Assembly: GCA_963824495.1 (NCBI GenBank) | Contig: CAWGPQ010000014.1 | Coordinates: forward strand, 64,001-128,000 | From: an uncultured bacterium | Lineage (GTDB): Bacteria > Babelota > Babeliae > Babelales > Babelaceae | Reading direction: 5' to 3' | Length of the DNA stretch: 64,000 bases | Shown: positions 19,941 to 30,838 of the stretch, piece after piece | Numbering within the stretch: the stretch's first letter is position 1 | Layout of the letters: the number at the start of each line of letters is the position of its first letter | Program-made: the position numbers and the translations under genes | The notes under the pieces: model-generated | What the model was told of the DNA's origin: nothing | Database searches by the model: none | The model's input: only the letters and a program-made list of their open reading frames with translations

Positions 19941-21923
19941 TTAATACAAGGGATTAGGAGTGAAGAAAAGCTTTGAGGTAAATTCTTTATCTTTAAGCTT
20001 ATTGTAGAGAGTAATAAGCTCCGTCATGGAAGGGCCCTTGAGATATATCTTGCGCATGCTTACGCCCTGTATAGTGTGAACGGGAGGTTGAGCAGGACCT
20101 AACATGGTTACAGATAGGTTTTTATTCTCAATGAGAGCATCAAATGCCCTGGCGCACTGTTCTGCTTCGGTGTCCAAGATGTGACTATCAGTGTGGCGTA
20201 ATTCAAGCTCGGCAAATCTCAAGCAGGGTGGATACCCTAAACTTTGACGATATGCAAGTTCATAGTCATAAAATTTTAGGTAATCTGTCTCTGACAAATA
20301 TGCAAAAATAGGATGCCTGATAAGTGTCTGGACTATAACAAGACTTTCGGGGCTTTGTCTGCCTGCACGTCCTGCAACTTGAATAAGCTGCTGTAACGTG
20401 ACTTCGGCTGCATTATACACCGGGAAATGAAGATTGTTATCCGCCCATAAAATACCCACAAGCGTTACATACGGGAAATGGTACCCTTTGGTGATAGTTT
20501 GAGTTCCTACCAGTATATCAAGTTCACGGTTATAAAAAGAATTAAGCGTATGCTGCCATTTTTTCTTATTTCGCGTTGCATCTAAATCTGCTCGACCTAT
20601 ACGTGCGTTGGGAAATAATTTTTCAAGAATGGTAACTACTTGCTGGGTACCGATACCGCGTTTAAGTAATGCAGTCTTCTCACATGCAGGGCAGCATTCG
20701 GGTAATTTTTGGGCAAATCCACAATAATGGCATATGAGATCGTGAGTATTATGCAACGTAAGGCTTACTGAGCATGATCTACAGGTAAAAATAAATGTAC
20801 AATCAGTGCATTGGACGAAGAAGCTATAGCCTCGACGATTTAAAAAAATAATGCATTGTTCTTTTTTGTTTAGTCGTATAGCAAGGGCTTCTTGCAGCTC
20901 TTTGCTTATCCAAAAATGGGATCTCTTGGTTTTCGTATCAAGTTTGACTAGTTTAATAGTGGGAAAAGCTCCTGCAAAGCGCTGTTTAAGCTGAAAGTAG
21001 TCCCATCCACGATTTTTACTGAGATAGAGCGATGCAAGTGAAGGAGTAGCGGAGCCCAGCAGTATAGGAATGCCTTGGAGTTTTGCTCGTAAAAGTGCTG
21101 CTTCTTTGGTATTGATTCTTGGGTGTTTTTTCTCTTGATAACCTACTTCGTGCTCTTCGTCAACTATAATCAGTCCAAGATGAGGTACTGGTAACAACAT
21201 GGGCAAATGCACGCCAATAATAAGACATGGTTTCTTTGATTTAAGCAAATGTTGCCAAAGGGCTCTTTTTTCTTGAGCACTGCTGGCTGAATGAAACCCG
21301 TAGATCAACAAATTTTTATTTAGGGAAGCTTGCAGGAGAGTGGTAAATTGTACAGCAAGCGTTACTTCTGGCAAGAGCAATATTGTAGTCTTATTATGTA
21401 TATAAGTATACTCTATAAGTTTTTTATACACTTCGGTTTTGCCTGATCCCGTAACGCCATGCAATAACGTTGGCTTGTATTCTGGCTGCTCAATATGAGG
21501 CTTGAGAAAATTCACAATGGCTTGTTGTTCAGTTGTAAGAATGGCTTGTGTTGCAGGTATCTCCTGCTCCCGCTCATGGTAATTAACAAGCGTAATCTCT
21601 GAATGTTCTTTATGAACAAGAAACTGGCGCAGCCGCTTATAAAGCGCCAGTGGCTCAAGGGCATTATACAAGCCGAGCTGTCTAATAAACTCATGATATA
21701 TAGTATCAGCAGGTATTACTTCACGGGCATAGGCTTGCTTAATCGTAAAAGATGGTGTTTGTTCAAGTTCTGGCACAATAGCACAGACGAGTGCTGTCTC
21801 AACTTTATTGCGGAGTGGCACGCGTACAAAAGAGCCAACCAACGTTCGTATATCCCATGTTTCGGGAATGCTGTACGTAAGCATTTGGCTATAACCAGTA
21901 AGTAGTTTGACGTTAATATACAT
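19941..21923 (-). CDS. priA: Primosomal protein N' (PriA)
   Basis: GVTGSGKT, DEEH, GSATPS, two CxxC-pair Zn motifs, QVAGRAGR. Start placed at MYINVKLL rather than 22106. Confidence 0.93.
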   Translation of the reverse strand: MYINVKLLTGYSQMLTYSIPETWDIRTLVGSFVRVPLRNKVETALVCAIVPELEQTPSFTIKQAYAREVIPADTIYHEFIRQLGLYNALEPLALYKRLRQFLVHKEHSEITLVNYHEREQEIPATQAILTTEQQAIVNFLKPHIEQPEYKPTLLHGVTGSGKTEVYKKLIEYTYIHNKTTILLLPEVTLAVQFTTLLQASLNKNLLIYGFHSASSAQEKRALWQHLLKSKKPCLIIGVHLPMLLPVPHLGLIIVDEEHEVGYQEKKHPRINTKEAALLRAKLQGIPILLGSATPSLASLYLSKNRGWDYFQLKQRFAGAFPTIKLVKLDTKTKRSHFWISKELQEALAIRLNKKEQCIIFLNRRGYSFFVQCTDCTFIFTCRSCSVSLTLHNTHDLICHYCGFAQKLPECCPACEKTALLKRGIGTQQVVTILEKLFPNARIGRADLDATRNKKKWQHTLNSFYNRELDILVGTQTITKGYHFPYVTLVGILWADNNLHFPVYNAAEVTLQQLIQVAGRAGRQSPESLVIVQTLIRHPIFAYLSETDYLKFYDYELAYRQSLGYPPCLRFAELELRHTDSHILDTEAEQCARAFDALIENKNLSVTMLGPAQPPVHTIQGVSMRKIYLKGPSMTELITLYNKLKDKEFTSKLFFTPNPLY

Positions 21924-22351
21924 TACGTGACACTCAGGCTGCTCTTGGACAAGTTCTACTAATCCCAGTATTGCCCAGTATGCCATATATCTGATGATTC
22001 GCAATGCAGGTGTAAGCATTAAATCACCGAGCGCATTAATACCAGTTGCCAGCGGGAATTGTGCTCTTTCCTGGTTCACGCTATTGCCCGAAAAATCAAT
22101 GGTCATGACTTGTAATTAGAAATTATCATGTTGTGCTGTATTAGTAAATAATTAAAGATTATTTTTGGTGCTTTTATCTAAGTAACATTATAAAGAATAT
22201 TATTATGCAGCCTAAATTTCTAGCCACCCTTATCTTTTATAGCTGTTTGGGCTAGTAGCCAATGGTTGTTCTACCTTAAATATCACGAGTATGCTATACT
22301 ATAATAAAGGGATTTTAAACACGTTCTCGTACGAGCACAAGAGGTTAAGCA

Positions 22352-25102
22352 TTGGTAGAACTTGATACCACTAAAACTATTTTTATTATTGATGGATCTT
22401 CTTTTTTATTTCGTGCGTATTATAGCATGCACCCGGTTCATACTAAGGAGGGCAAGCCAGTTCAAGCGGTGTATGGCTTTTGCCGGATGATGAAAAAGCT
22501 TATTTCAACGTTTGATCCTCGCTATATGGTTGTTGTCTGGGATGGTCAAAGTAAAACTGCCCGTCATGAGCTATTTCCAGCATATAAAGCGACACGCCAA
22601 GCGCCACCGAGCGATTTAGGTGATCAAAAAGAGCTCATAGTAAAATTTAATGACAGTATTGATCTTAAGCAGGTTCAAGTATCAGGTATTGAAGCTGATG
22701 ATCTCATGTTTTCACTGGCTCATGATTTTAATCAAAAAGGGTTTAAAGTTGTTCTTGTAACTTCTGATAAAGATATGGGTCAAGTGCTCAGTGAGGGGAT
22801 TATCATGTACGAGCCCTTTAAGGAGCTGTTTATCACCACAGAAACTATACAAGAAAAGTATAGCTTTGAGGCAGAAAAATTGCCATTCTATTTTGCTCTT
22901 GTTGGTGATGCTTCTGATAACATTCCCGGCGTAAAGGGTATTGGACCTCGTGGTGCTCAAGAGCTTGTGAAAAATTTTGATTCGTTACATGACCTTTATG
23001 CGCATCTTGAACGTGTACCTAAAGAGCGTACACGCATATTATTAAGAGCATCTGAAGATAATGCTTTTTTAAGCGAAAAGCTTTTTTTGCTTCGTTATTA
23101 TGATGTTGGGCTCACGCCTGAAGACGTATCTTTTAGCAGTGATAACTGGTTTAAGGCACGTCAATTATTTTATGATCTTGATTTTAAGTCCCTTCTAAAA
23201 GAATTTCCAGCTGAAGCTGGAATACACGTAGAGCGTGAGCAACTTGAGAAGACAAAGCATGAAGAACTGCCAGCGCCATTACATCAATTTACTACAAAAG
23301 CAATTACAAATTACCAAGAACTTGAAGAGCTTTGTGTAAAGATAGCTGAAAAGAAACTCTGCGCGCTTGACACTGAGACTGATAGTATAGACGCCATGCA
23401 AGCAGATTTAGTTGGCATTGCTCTCTGTTATGAGCTTGGAATGGGGTATTATATACCTGTCGGCCATAAAGATATTCCAAACCAGCTTGATAAGCAAAAA
23501 GTTATAGATAGAGTGCGGCCTTTACTTGAAGATTCTGCTATAAAAAAATGCATGCATAATGCTAAATTTGACTTACATGTGCTTGATCATGCTGGAATTA
23601 AGCCCCCAAAAGAGCTTATCTTCGATACGTTAGTTGCAGCAAGTCTTGTAACACCCGACTGGCAGCGCTTAGGTCTTAAGTATCTCTCAGAATTTTATTT
23701 GCATCAGAGCATGCTCTCATATAAAGATATCGTAAAGAAGAATACCTATAAAGATTTCTCCTATGTTCCACTTGATATGGCAACTGAGTATGCTGGTGCT
23801 GATGCCCATCAAACGCTAGCTCTGGCATCAGTTTTAGAAAAAGAGCTTCAAGCGCATGACCAGATTACGCTCTTTTATACGATCGAGCTGCCACTTATAC
23901 CTATTCTATACGCTATGGAACGTGAGGGGATTATTCTTAATGCAGCAGTGCTTGATGATATTAATAAGCACATTACCCATGAACTTGAGCGATTGCAGCA
24001 TCAAATTACTGAACTTGTTGGCATGACGCCTGAGACACTTAATCTTAATTCGCCCAAGCAGCTTGAAGACCTACTTTTTAATCAACTTAAGCTGCCACCT
24101 CATAAGAAAACAGCTCAGCGTACCGGATATTCTACCGACCAAGAAGTATTAAAAGAACTCGCAAAAATTCATCCTGTACCGGGGCTTATCGTCCGTTATC
24201 GTGAATTGTTTAAGCTTAAAAGTACGTATGTTGATACGTTGGTAGATTTTGTTAATCCTGAGACGGGACGTATTCATACAACATTTAGGCAGACAGGGGT
24301 AGCGACGGGGCGTCTGGCAAGCTCAGATCCCAACCTACAGAATATTCCTACTCATACTGCCGGAGTAGATATTCCTATTCGATCAGCTTTTCAAGCACCT
24401 GAAGGACATGTATTTTTGTCTGCTGACTATTCTCAAATTGAGTTGCGCGTTCTGGCTTATCTTTCTCAAGATGAACGCTTAAAGCAGGCATTTATTGAAG
24501 GGAAAGATATTCATGCTCTTACGGCGGCTGGACTTTTTGATATTCCTGTTGAGGAGGTTACCAGTAAGCAGCGAGATCTAGCCAAGCGAATTAATTTCAG
24601 TATTCTCTATGGTTTAACTCCTTATGGGTTATCAAAAGAGCTTGATATACCAGTTAAGGATGCCCAGCTGTATATAGAGAAATATTTTGCTCAGTATCCC
24701 GGTGTGGTGGCCTGGATGGATGATGTTGTACATGAGGCAAAAGAGCACGGCTATGTTCAAACCTATTGGGGTCGTCGTCGCTTTATACCAGGTATTTATG
24801 AAAAAAACAAAACACTGTTTGATCTTGCCCGTCGTGTAGCAATTAATACCAAAGCCCAAGGTACGGCAGCAGAGCTTATGAAGCTTGGTATGATCATGCT
24901 TGACAAGGCATTGCATGAAAATATATTAGGGGCACGTATGACGTTGCAGATACATGACGAATTATTACTTACGGTGCCCAATCAAGAGGTTGAGGTAACC
25001 CAGAGTATAGTGCGTGATGTGCTGCAGCACGTGGTCAATTGGAATGTACCGTTAGTAGTAACCGTGCGTACCGGTAAAACTTGGTACGATGTAACAAAAT
25101 AA
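22352..25102 (+). CDS. polA: DNA polymerase I
   Basis: 5'-3' exonuclease (IDGSS, GDASDNIPGV), 3'-5' exonuclease (DTET, HNAKFD), polymerase motifs DYSQIELR and QIHDELL. Confidence 0.97.
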   Translation: MVELDTTKTIFIIDGSSFLFRAYYSMHPVHTKEGKPVQAVYGFCRMMKKLISTFDPRYMVVVWDGQSKTARHELFPAYKATRQAPPSDLGDQKELIVKFNDSIDLKQVQVSGIEADDLMFSLAHDFNQKGFKVVLVTSDKDMGQVLSEGIIMYEPFKELFITTETIQEKYSFEAEKLPFYFALVGDASDNIPGVKGIGPRGAQELVKNFDSLHDLYAHLERVPKERTRILLRASEDNAFLSEKLFLLRYYDVGLTPEDVSFSSDNWFKARQLFYDLDFKSLLKEFPAEAGIHVEREQLEKTKHEELPAPLHQFTTKAITNYQELEELCVKIAEKKLCALDTETDSIDAMQADLVGIALCYELGMGYYIPVGHKDIPNQLDKQKVIDRVRPLLEDSAIKKCMHNAKFDLHVLDHAGIKPPKELIFDTLVAASLVTPDWQRLGLKYLSEFYLHQSMLSYKDIVKKNTYKDFSYVPLDMATEYAGADAHQTLALASVLEKELQAHDQITLFYTIELPLIPILYAMEREGIILNAAVLDDINKHITHELERLQHQITELVGMTPETLNLNSPKQLEDLLFNQLKLPPHKKTAQRTGYSTDQEVLKELAKIHPVPGLIVRYRELFKLKSTYVDTLVDFVNPETGRIHTTFRQTGVATGRLASSDPNLQNIPTHTAGVDIPIRSAFQAPEGHVFLSADYSQIELRVLAYLSQDERLKQAFIEGKDIHALTAAGLFDIPVEEVTSKQRDLAKRINFSILYGLTPYGLSKELDIPVKDAQLYIEKYFAQYPGVVAWMDDVVHEAKEHGYVQTYWGRRRFIPGIYEKNKTLFDLARRVAINTKAQGTAAELMKLGMIMLDKALHENILGARMTLQIHDELLLTVPNQEVEVTQSIVRDVLQHVVNWNVPLVVTVRTGKTWYDVTK

Positions 25103-25272
25103 GCTTATATTAAGAGTTGATGGTGATGATTGGCTTGCTCACGAGCATGTTCTTTTATTCGTAGCAAACCAAAATATACACGACTTCAAGATAGAGTAAC
25201 AGTTTAAACTTTGCTATACTTTAAAGAGTAGTGGTTTATGAGTTTTTCGCGATAGGTTATAGACGATAGATT

Positions 25273-26001
25273 ATGGATATGAATAGTGAGCAGCATGCTA
25301 CTCAGCAGACACTTGACCCTTTGGGTGACTCTTACAGTTCACTTGAGCTGATCAGGATTTCAGGAACTGATCTTGATGTTGTTAATGCAGCACGAGTTTC
25401 TTATGGTAAAAGCAGTAAGCATCTTTCTGAACGTGATCATACGCTTATTTCTTACTTGATGGAACATGGTCACACAAGCCCTTTTGAGCATAATCAGTTG
25501 TCATTTAGAGTAAAAGCTCCTCTGTATGTAGCACGCCAATGGATGCGTCATCGCATGAATTCTTATAATGAGATAAGCTATCGATATGTTAAAGCACCCC
25601 TTGAATTCTATATACCGGCTTATTGGCGCTTACAAGATACGAAAAATAAGCAAAGCTCCGGGGGAGTATACCATGATCAAGTGCTCGTCGAAGCATATAA
25701 ACACGTGCTTAAAACAGCTGTTGATGCTTATGAGCAGCTTTTAAAGCAGGGTGTTAGCCGAGAGCAAGCACGAGGTGTCTTGCCCCTCTGTACCTATACT
25801 ACATTTATCTATACTTGTAATCTGCATTCACTTATGCATTTTCTTAAGCTTCGTCTGCATAAGGCTGCTCAATATGAGATTCAGGTATACGCTCAAGGTA
25901 TGCTTGAGCTCGCTCAGCCTTACTTTCCCGTTTCACTCAAGGCATTTCGGGACAAGCACCAGATTGACATCGTACGTGATTTTGGGCATACTAGAGAGTG
26001 A
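25273..26001 (+). CDS. thyX: FAD-dependent thymidylate synthase
   Basis: HTSPFEH, RQWMRHRMNSYNEISYRY, AQYEI. Confidence 0.95.
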   Translation: MDMNSEQHATQQTLDPLGDSYSSLELIRISGTDLDVVNAARVSYGKSSKHLSERDHTLISYLMEHGHTSPFEHNQLSFRVKAPLYVARQWMRHRMNSYNEISYRYVKAPLEFYIPAYWRLQDTKNKQSSGGVYHDQVLVEAYKHVLKTAVDAYEQLLKQGVSREQARGVLPLCTYTTFIYTCNLHSLMHFLKLRLHKAAQYEIQVYAQGMLELAQPYFPVSLKAFRDKHQIDIVRDFGHTRE

Positions 26002-26229
26002 TGATGAGTGGGTCTTTTATACTGGGATGTTATCGAAAGACCCATCAAACATGCAGAAATATGCGGAGTTGCAGAATCGAGCGTTTTTGCTATCATACTT
26101 TCTATACCAGTTTGTGAGTCTCATCGAGCATAAGTATCTTGTGCACGAGTATCTTGCGATAAAATCTTGGTCTAATTCGTGATTCTTAAGAAGTATTTTT
26201 TATACACTAACATGTAAGGGGTTATTATC

Positions 26230-26478
26230 ATGGCAACGAGTAAATCCGCCGGCTCTACTCAGAATGGTCGCGATAGTATAAGTAAGCGGCTAGGCGTTAA
26301 GCTTTTTGATGGACAGCGCGTAAGTGGTGGCGAAATTATTGTTCGTCAGCGTGGTAGTCGTATTCATCCGGGAAGAAATGTTGGCATGGGCAGTGATGAT
26401 ACGATCTTTGCCGTAGCTGCGGGAGTGGTTAAGTTTCACTCTGGGCCTAAAGGGCGCAGATACGTCTCTATTATTTAA
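26230..26478 (+). CDS. rpmA: 50S ribosomal protein L27
   Basis: [24 protein letters not shown]. Confidence 0.97.
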   Translation: MATSKSAGSTQNGRDSISKRLGVKLFDGQRVSGGEIIVRQRGSRIHPGRNVGMGSDDTIFAVAAGVVKFHSGPKGRRYVSII

Positions 26479-26497
26479 TCACTATAGGGAGAGTATT

Positions 26498-27385
26498 ATG
26501 GTTGATTTTCTTAAAGAGCGTCCACTATACGCAGCGTTATCAATAGCTATTTTTGCTATCTTTATTGGCACATGGGTATATAAGTATCAAACACGTGGCG
26601 AAGCTTTTGAATATAGTGTCGACTTTACAGGTGGGACGCAAGTACTATTTGATTTCTCTCAGCCCGTACATGGTACCGCTCTTGTTGATATCTTGGAAAA
26701 GCAAGGATGGCCTGGTATTGTGACCCGTGAATTTTCCCCGCGAGAAATATTAATACGGGTAAAAGAGTATGCAAGTGATGCTAAGGGACTAGCTGAGCGT
26801 ATACGGACTACCCTTGAATCAGCGTTACCAGATACTCAAGTACTTATTAAACAGATTGATAGCGTTGGAGCTGGTGTTGGTGCTTCATTACGATGGAAAT
26901 CAATTCAAGCAGTTCTCGCAGGCCTTATTATCATGCTTATGTATACGTGGTGGCGTTTTAGGTCTTTAGCGTATGGGGTAGGCGTTCTTGTCTCGCTCTT
27001 TCACGATGCCATTGTTATTCTCACGTTTTTCTTACTCTTTGATTATGAAATTTCCCTTAATGTTATTGGTGCCATATTGGCAATACTTGGATATTCTATT
27101 AACGATACTATTGTTATATTTTCGCGAATTCGTGAAAATATTCATCGTTTACGCAATGAACCATTAGAAAATGTAGTTAACATGAGTATTAACGAAACCC
27201 TACGACGTACTCTTTTAACAAGCTTCGCCACATCTTTGGTGGTTATGGCGCTTGTTCTTTTTGGTGGCCCTGTTCTTCGAACGTTATCATTAGCTCTTTT
27301 GGTCGGTATAATCTTTGGAACGTATTCGTCTATTGCGATTGCAAGTCCTGTTATGTTAATGCTCTATAAAGATAAGCGTGTATAA
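26498..27385 (+). CDS. secF: Protein translocase subunit SecF
   Basis: VDFTGGT, GYSINDTIVIFSRIRE, GTYSSIAIASP. Confidence 0.95.
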   Translation: MVDFLKERPLYAALSIAIFAIFIGTWVYKYQTRGEAFEYSVDFTGGTQVLFDFSQPVHGTALVDILEKQGWPGIVTREFSPREILIRVKEYASDAKGLAERIRTTLESALPDTQVLIKQIDSVGAGVGASLRWKSIQAVLAGLIIMLMYTWWRFRSLAYGVGVLVSLFHDAIVILTFFLLFDYEISLNVIGAILAILGYSINDTIVIFSRIRENIHRLRNEPLENVVNMSINETLRRTLLTSFATSLVVMALVLFGGPVLRTLSLALLVGIIFGTYSSIAIASPVMLMLYKDKRV

Positions 27386-27497
27386 AACGAATTCTTTATA
27401 TATCACAAATAACATGTTTTTTTATTATTCTATGTTTTTATAAAAAATTTTTCTTTTTCGATTCTATTTTATTAATTAATATAAGGAGATTTATGCA

Positions 27498-28772
27498 ATG
27501 AGAGATCAAACATTGCGTGATATGAGCCTTCCTGACCTTAATGTTCAAGCCAGAAGGCTTGGCATTGTTGGAGCAAGTCTTATGTCCAAAGACCAGCTTG
27601 TTTCTACTATTGTTGACCTTGAGAGTCACCCAGATAAAGAGCTTGAGGTTGAGGGAGTGCTGGAGCGTCTTCCCGAGGGATTTGGTTTTTTACGTTCAGT
27701 CAAATTTGATTACGTTTCAGGTCCTGATGACATTTATGTTTCGCCTTCTCAAATTCGTCGATTTAATCTTCGTACGGGTGATACTGTTTCGGGTGTTATA
27801 CGTAAACCTAAAGATGGCGAAAAATACTTTGCCTTGCTTAAAGTTAACAAAATAAACTTTCAAGATCCAGCACTTGTTCTTGACCGCCCTTATTTTGATA
27901 GGTTATCTCCCTTACATCCTGAAAAAAAGTTCAATCTTGAATCAGACCCATCGTTCATTTCGACACGTTTGATGGATATTTTTTCTCCTATTGGTAAGGG
28001 CCAACGTGGTTTGATTGTAGCTCCACCTAAAACAGGTAAAACCGTATTATTAAAAGAGATTGCACAAACACTGGTCATGAATCACCCAGAAGTTTATCTT
28101 ATCTTTCTCTTAGTTGATGAACGTCCAGAAGAAGTGGCTGATATGCGTCGTAGCGTTAAAGGTAAAAACGCTGAAGTAGTAAGCTCGACATTTGACGAAT
28201 CAGCAGATCGGCATGTACAAGTAGCCGAAATAGTTCTGGAAAAAGCAAAGCGCTTAGTTGAAGTTGGCCAGGATGTTGTTATTCTTCTGGATTCTATAAC
28301 CCGCTTAGCCCGTGCGTATAATACTACTGCACCGGCTTCAGGTAAAATTCTGACTGGAGGTATCGACGCTAACGCCCTGCAACGTCCAAAACGTTTCTTT
28401 GGTGCTGCGCGTAATACTGAGGAAGGTGGTTCGCTTACCATTATCGCTACAGCTCTTGTAGAAACCGGTTCACGAATGGACGAGGTGATCTTCGAAGAAT
28501 TTAAAGGTACAGGTAATATGGAAATGCACATGAGCCGTAAATTGGCTAACTTGCGTATATTTCCTGCCTTCGACTTGCTTCTCTCTGGCACTCGACGTGA
28601 AGAACTTTTGTTGCCAGAAAGTGAACTTAACAAAGGTCGTATCTTAAGGAAATTTCTTTCTACAATGAACACGGTAGAAGGAATGGAAGTTCTTATCGAT
28701 AAGATGAGAAAGTGTAAAACTAACGAAGAGTTTCTCGACTCTATGAACAAAAAAAATGGTAGTTCTTGCTAG
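27498..28772 (+). CDS. rho: Transcription termination factor Rho
   Basis: [43 protein letters not shown]. Confidence 0.98.
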   Translation: MRDQTLRDMSLPDLNVQARRLGIVGASLMSKDQLVSTIVDLESHPDKELEVEGVLERLPEGFGFLRSVKFDYVSGPDDIYVSPSQIRRFNLRTGDTVSGVIRKPKDGEKYFALLKVNKINFQDPALVLDRPYFDRLSPLHPEKKFNLESDPSFISTRLMDIFSPIGKGQRGLIVAPPKTGKTVLLKEIAQTLVMNHPEVYLIFLLVDERPEEVADMRRSVKGKNAEVVSSTFDESADRHVQVAEIVLEKAKRLVEVGQDVVILLDSITRLARAYNTTAPASGKILTGGIDANALQRPKRFFGAARNTEEGGSLTIIATALVETGSRMDEVIFEEFKGTGNMEMHMSRKLANLRIFPAFDLLLSGTRREELLLPESELNKGRILRKFLSTMNTVEGMEVLIDKMRKCKTNEEFLDSMNKKNGSSC

Positions 28773-28916
28773 CCACTTGGCATCTATACTCTTGCTGAGA
28801 GTCCGAGAGATTGGCGAAATCCCTGCTTAAATGAGCACATACGCAGTTAGCAATGCACGTGGTAAATCGACGATAGTTATTGGCTAAAAATTATGCTATG
28901 TTAACCCCTAGCATGC

Positions 28917-29531
28917 ATGATGCTTCAAAGTAGCTATTTTTTTACCATGAAGGCGTTTTCTATGGTTATGCTTGTTTCGTGTCCTCAACGGGTTATTGTC
29001 TCGCTTGCAAGTGTGCTACTTTCACCTATAACGCTCCGTGCTCAAGACAAAGCTGTATCAGATAGCACTTTTAATAAGCAGGCTGTGCGTAGTAATGGGT
29101 GTAACTCAACCCATGAAGCTGCTTCAGTAGATACAACAATACGTAGCCAGGAAAAGCTTTTACTGCAGCTTGATAAGCTACCCGTAAAGCCAACGTGTTC
29201 TACTCTAACGTACGAATGCTCAAAATGCTCGACTAGCTTAGCTGATATTATCACGTTTCTCAAAAAGCAAGCACTTTCAAAAGACCGATTGCTTGAGTAT
29301 GCCCCAAATTTAGTGACGCTTATAGCAGGGCTTGCGATAGGCAAATATGTACTTAACGCTCACTATACCAAACTGTCTCAAGAAATACAGCAACTCAAGC
29401 AAGAAAAAGACAAACTCATACAAGTGCTTGGTGCTCATGAAGAAGTTTATAAAAGCGTTCTTGAGCAAATAAGTAAGCATGGGCAGATTATAGAAAAACT
29501 TATTGAGCTGAAAGAATCACCAGCTGAATAA
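28917..29531 (+). CDS. Hypothetical membrane-anchored coiled-coil protein
   Basis: Hydrophobic LVTLIAGLAIGKYVL followed by a heptad-rich tail. Confidence 0.55.
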   Translation: MMLQSSYFFTMKAFSMVMLVSCPQRVIVSLASVLLSPITLRAQDKAVSDSTFNKQAVRSNGCNSTHEAASVDTTIRSQEKLLLQLDKLPVKPTCSTLTYECSKCSTSLADIITFLKKQALSKDRLLEYAPNLVTLIAGLAIGKYVLNAHYTKLSQEIQQLKQEKDKLIQVLGAHEEVYKSVLEQISKHGQIIEKLIELKESPAE

Positions 29532-29732
29532 AATAATAAGCATGAATCGCAATTTTATGGGTCAGCTTTGCGAAAGTGGTGCTCTAAGCAGAAATTGCTC
29601 GCCAAACTCGAATGCTTTATATCAAGCAAGGCTTGTTAGCAATACACCTTAATCGTTGAAATCAATCGAGAGAAGCGATAACTTAATCCATAAGTCTGTT
29701 GTATAGGTATAGCACATTACGCAAGGGCTCAT

Positions 29733-30827
29733 ATGGTTAAGCATAATCGATACGTTCGTGTAGTTATTATTTCAGTGTTAGCTCATTTAATGATTTCCGA
29801 AGCACGTGTGTATGCTAATGCGGGAGCACCCCTAGCTGCGGGAATCGTTACGGTTGCAACAGTGCCCTTTCTTAAAAGACTTACAGAAAAGACCGAAACT
29901 GGAAAGCCTCTCTATAGGGAGATACTCGAGTTAGCATTGGCGCCAGCTGTTATTTTGATTGTGTGGGCTGCCCTTGGGTGTAAAATAGGCAGTCATACCA
30001 AGCGCATTGATACCGTAGCTCAACAATTAACGCCTGTTCTAGAAAAATTAGGCAAACAAGAAGAAGCTCTTGGCGAACTTCAAAAAATAATAACCGATAA
30101 GTTTAATAGCTTGCATAATCCAGAAGCTGAAAGTAATAAAGGACCAGTTGCTGTCATAATTGATAAGCTTGATGGTCAATTAAGTAAACAAGATCGGCAT
30201 GGTGAAAGTATTAAAGTAATACTTGAAAGACTGAGAAGCTTGTATTCTATAGATTCCGAGTCTACTCGAGCAGTATCTACTGAAATAGTGCACCAACCGG
30301 GAGGTCCGCATGGCGTTCTGAACGTGCTATGTCATGAGATCAAGGCTCAAGTGGAAGAACAGAGCCAATTGTTTTGTAAAAAGTTAGACGATCAAGCGAA
30401 AGCAAATAATGAATGTATTGGGCTTATAGTGCAAGCTTTACAAGCTTTAAAAACTCAACAAGAGAAGCAAGGTGAGGCTATAAGTGCTCTGACTAAAGGG
30501 CTGGCTGAACACGTTACCAAGCTGGGTACACTTGATGAAGCAATCAAAAAATTAAATAATGGCTCAAAAGAACATCATGAAGTTATAGCTTTACTTGCTT
30601 CTATAACAACCGAGCTCAGTGGTACGGTAGCAAATCAAGAAAACGTACTTAGTCAACTTTCAGACAAAAGCGAGAGTGATTCTCTTAAAAGCCAGCTTAT
30701 GATGGCGCAGGCTATGACTAGAAAGGCTGGTGTCATGCATGGCCGAGGTCCGATAATTTCGCCTTTGACACAGCTGATACAGTTGCATCCAGGTTATCTT
30801 GCTTTGGGCAATCAATCGAACTCTTAG
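29733..30827 (+). CDS. Hypothetical protein: signal plus two hydrophobic segments, then a long coiled coil
   Basis: APLAAGIVTVATVPFL and LALAPAVILIVWAALG, then a Q/K/E/L-rich region. Confidence 0.65.
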   Translation: MVKHNRYVRVVIISVLAHLMISEARVYANAGAPLAAGIVTVATVPFLKRLTEKTETGKPLYREILELALAPAVILIVWAALGCKIGSHTKRIDTVAQQLTPVLEKLGKQEEALGELQKIITDKFNSLHNPEAESNKGPVAVIIDKLDGQLSKQDRHGESIKVILERLRSLYSIDSESTRAVSTEIVHQPGGPHGVLNVLCHEIKAQVEEQSQLFCKKLDDQAKANNECIGLIVQALQALKTQQEKQGEAISALTKGLAEHVTKLGTLDEAIKKLNNGSKEHHEVIALLASITTELSGTVANQENVLSQLSDKSESDSLKSQLMMAQAMTRKAGVMHGRGPIISPLTQLIQLHPGYLALGNQSNS

Positions 30828-30838
30828 GTGATAACGGG

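Noticed and set aside
21924..22106. 61-aa N-terminal extension of PriA in the ORF track
   Set aside because: PriA-like sequence starts at MYINVKLL; the extension has no recognisable feature and is probably just an open frame.
25751..26182. 143-aa ORF overlapping the thyX 3' end
   Set aside because: Alternative frame over a conserved gene; no recognisable motif.
28094..28750. 218-aa antisense ORF
   Set aside because: Shadow of rho on the opposite strand; no independent signals.
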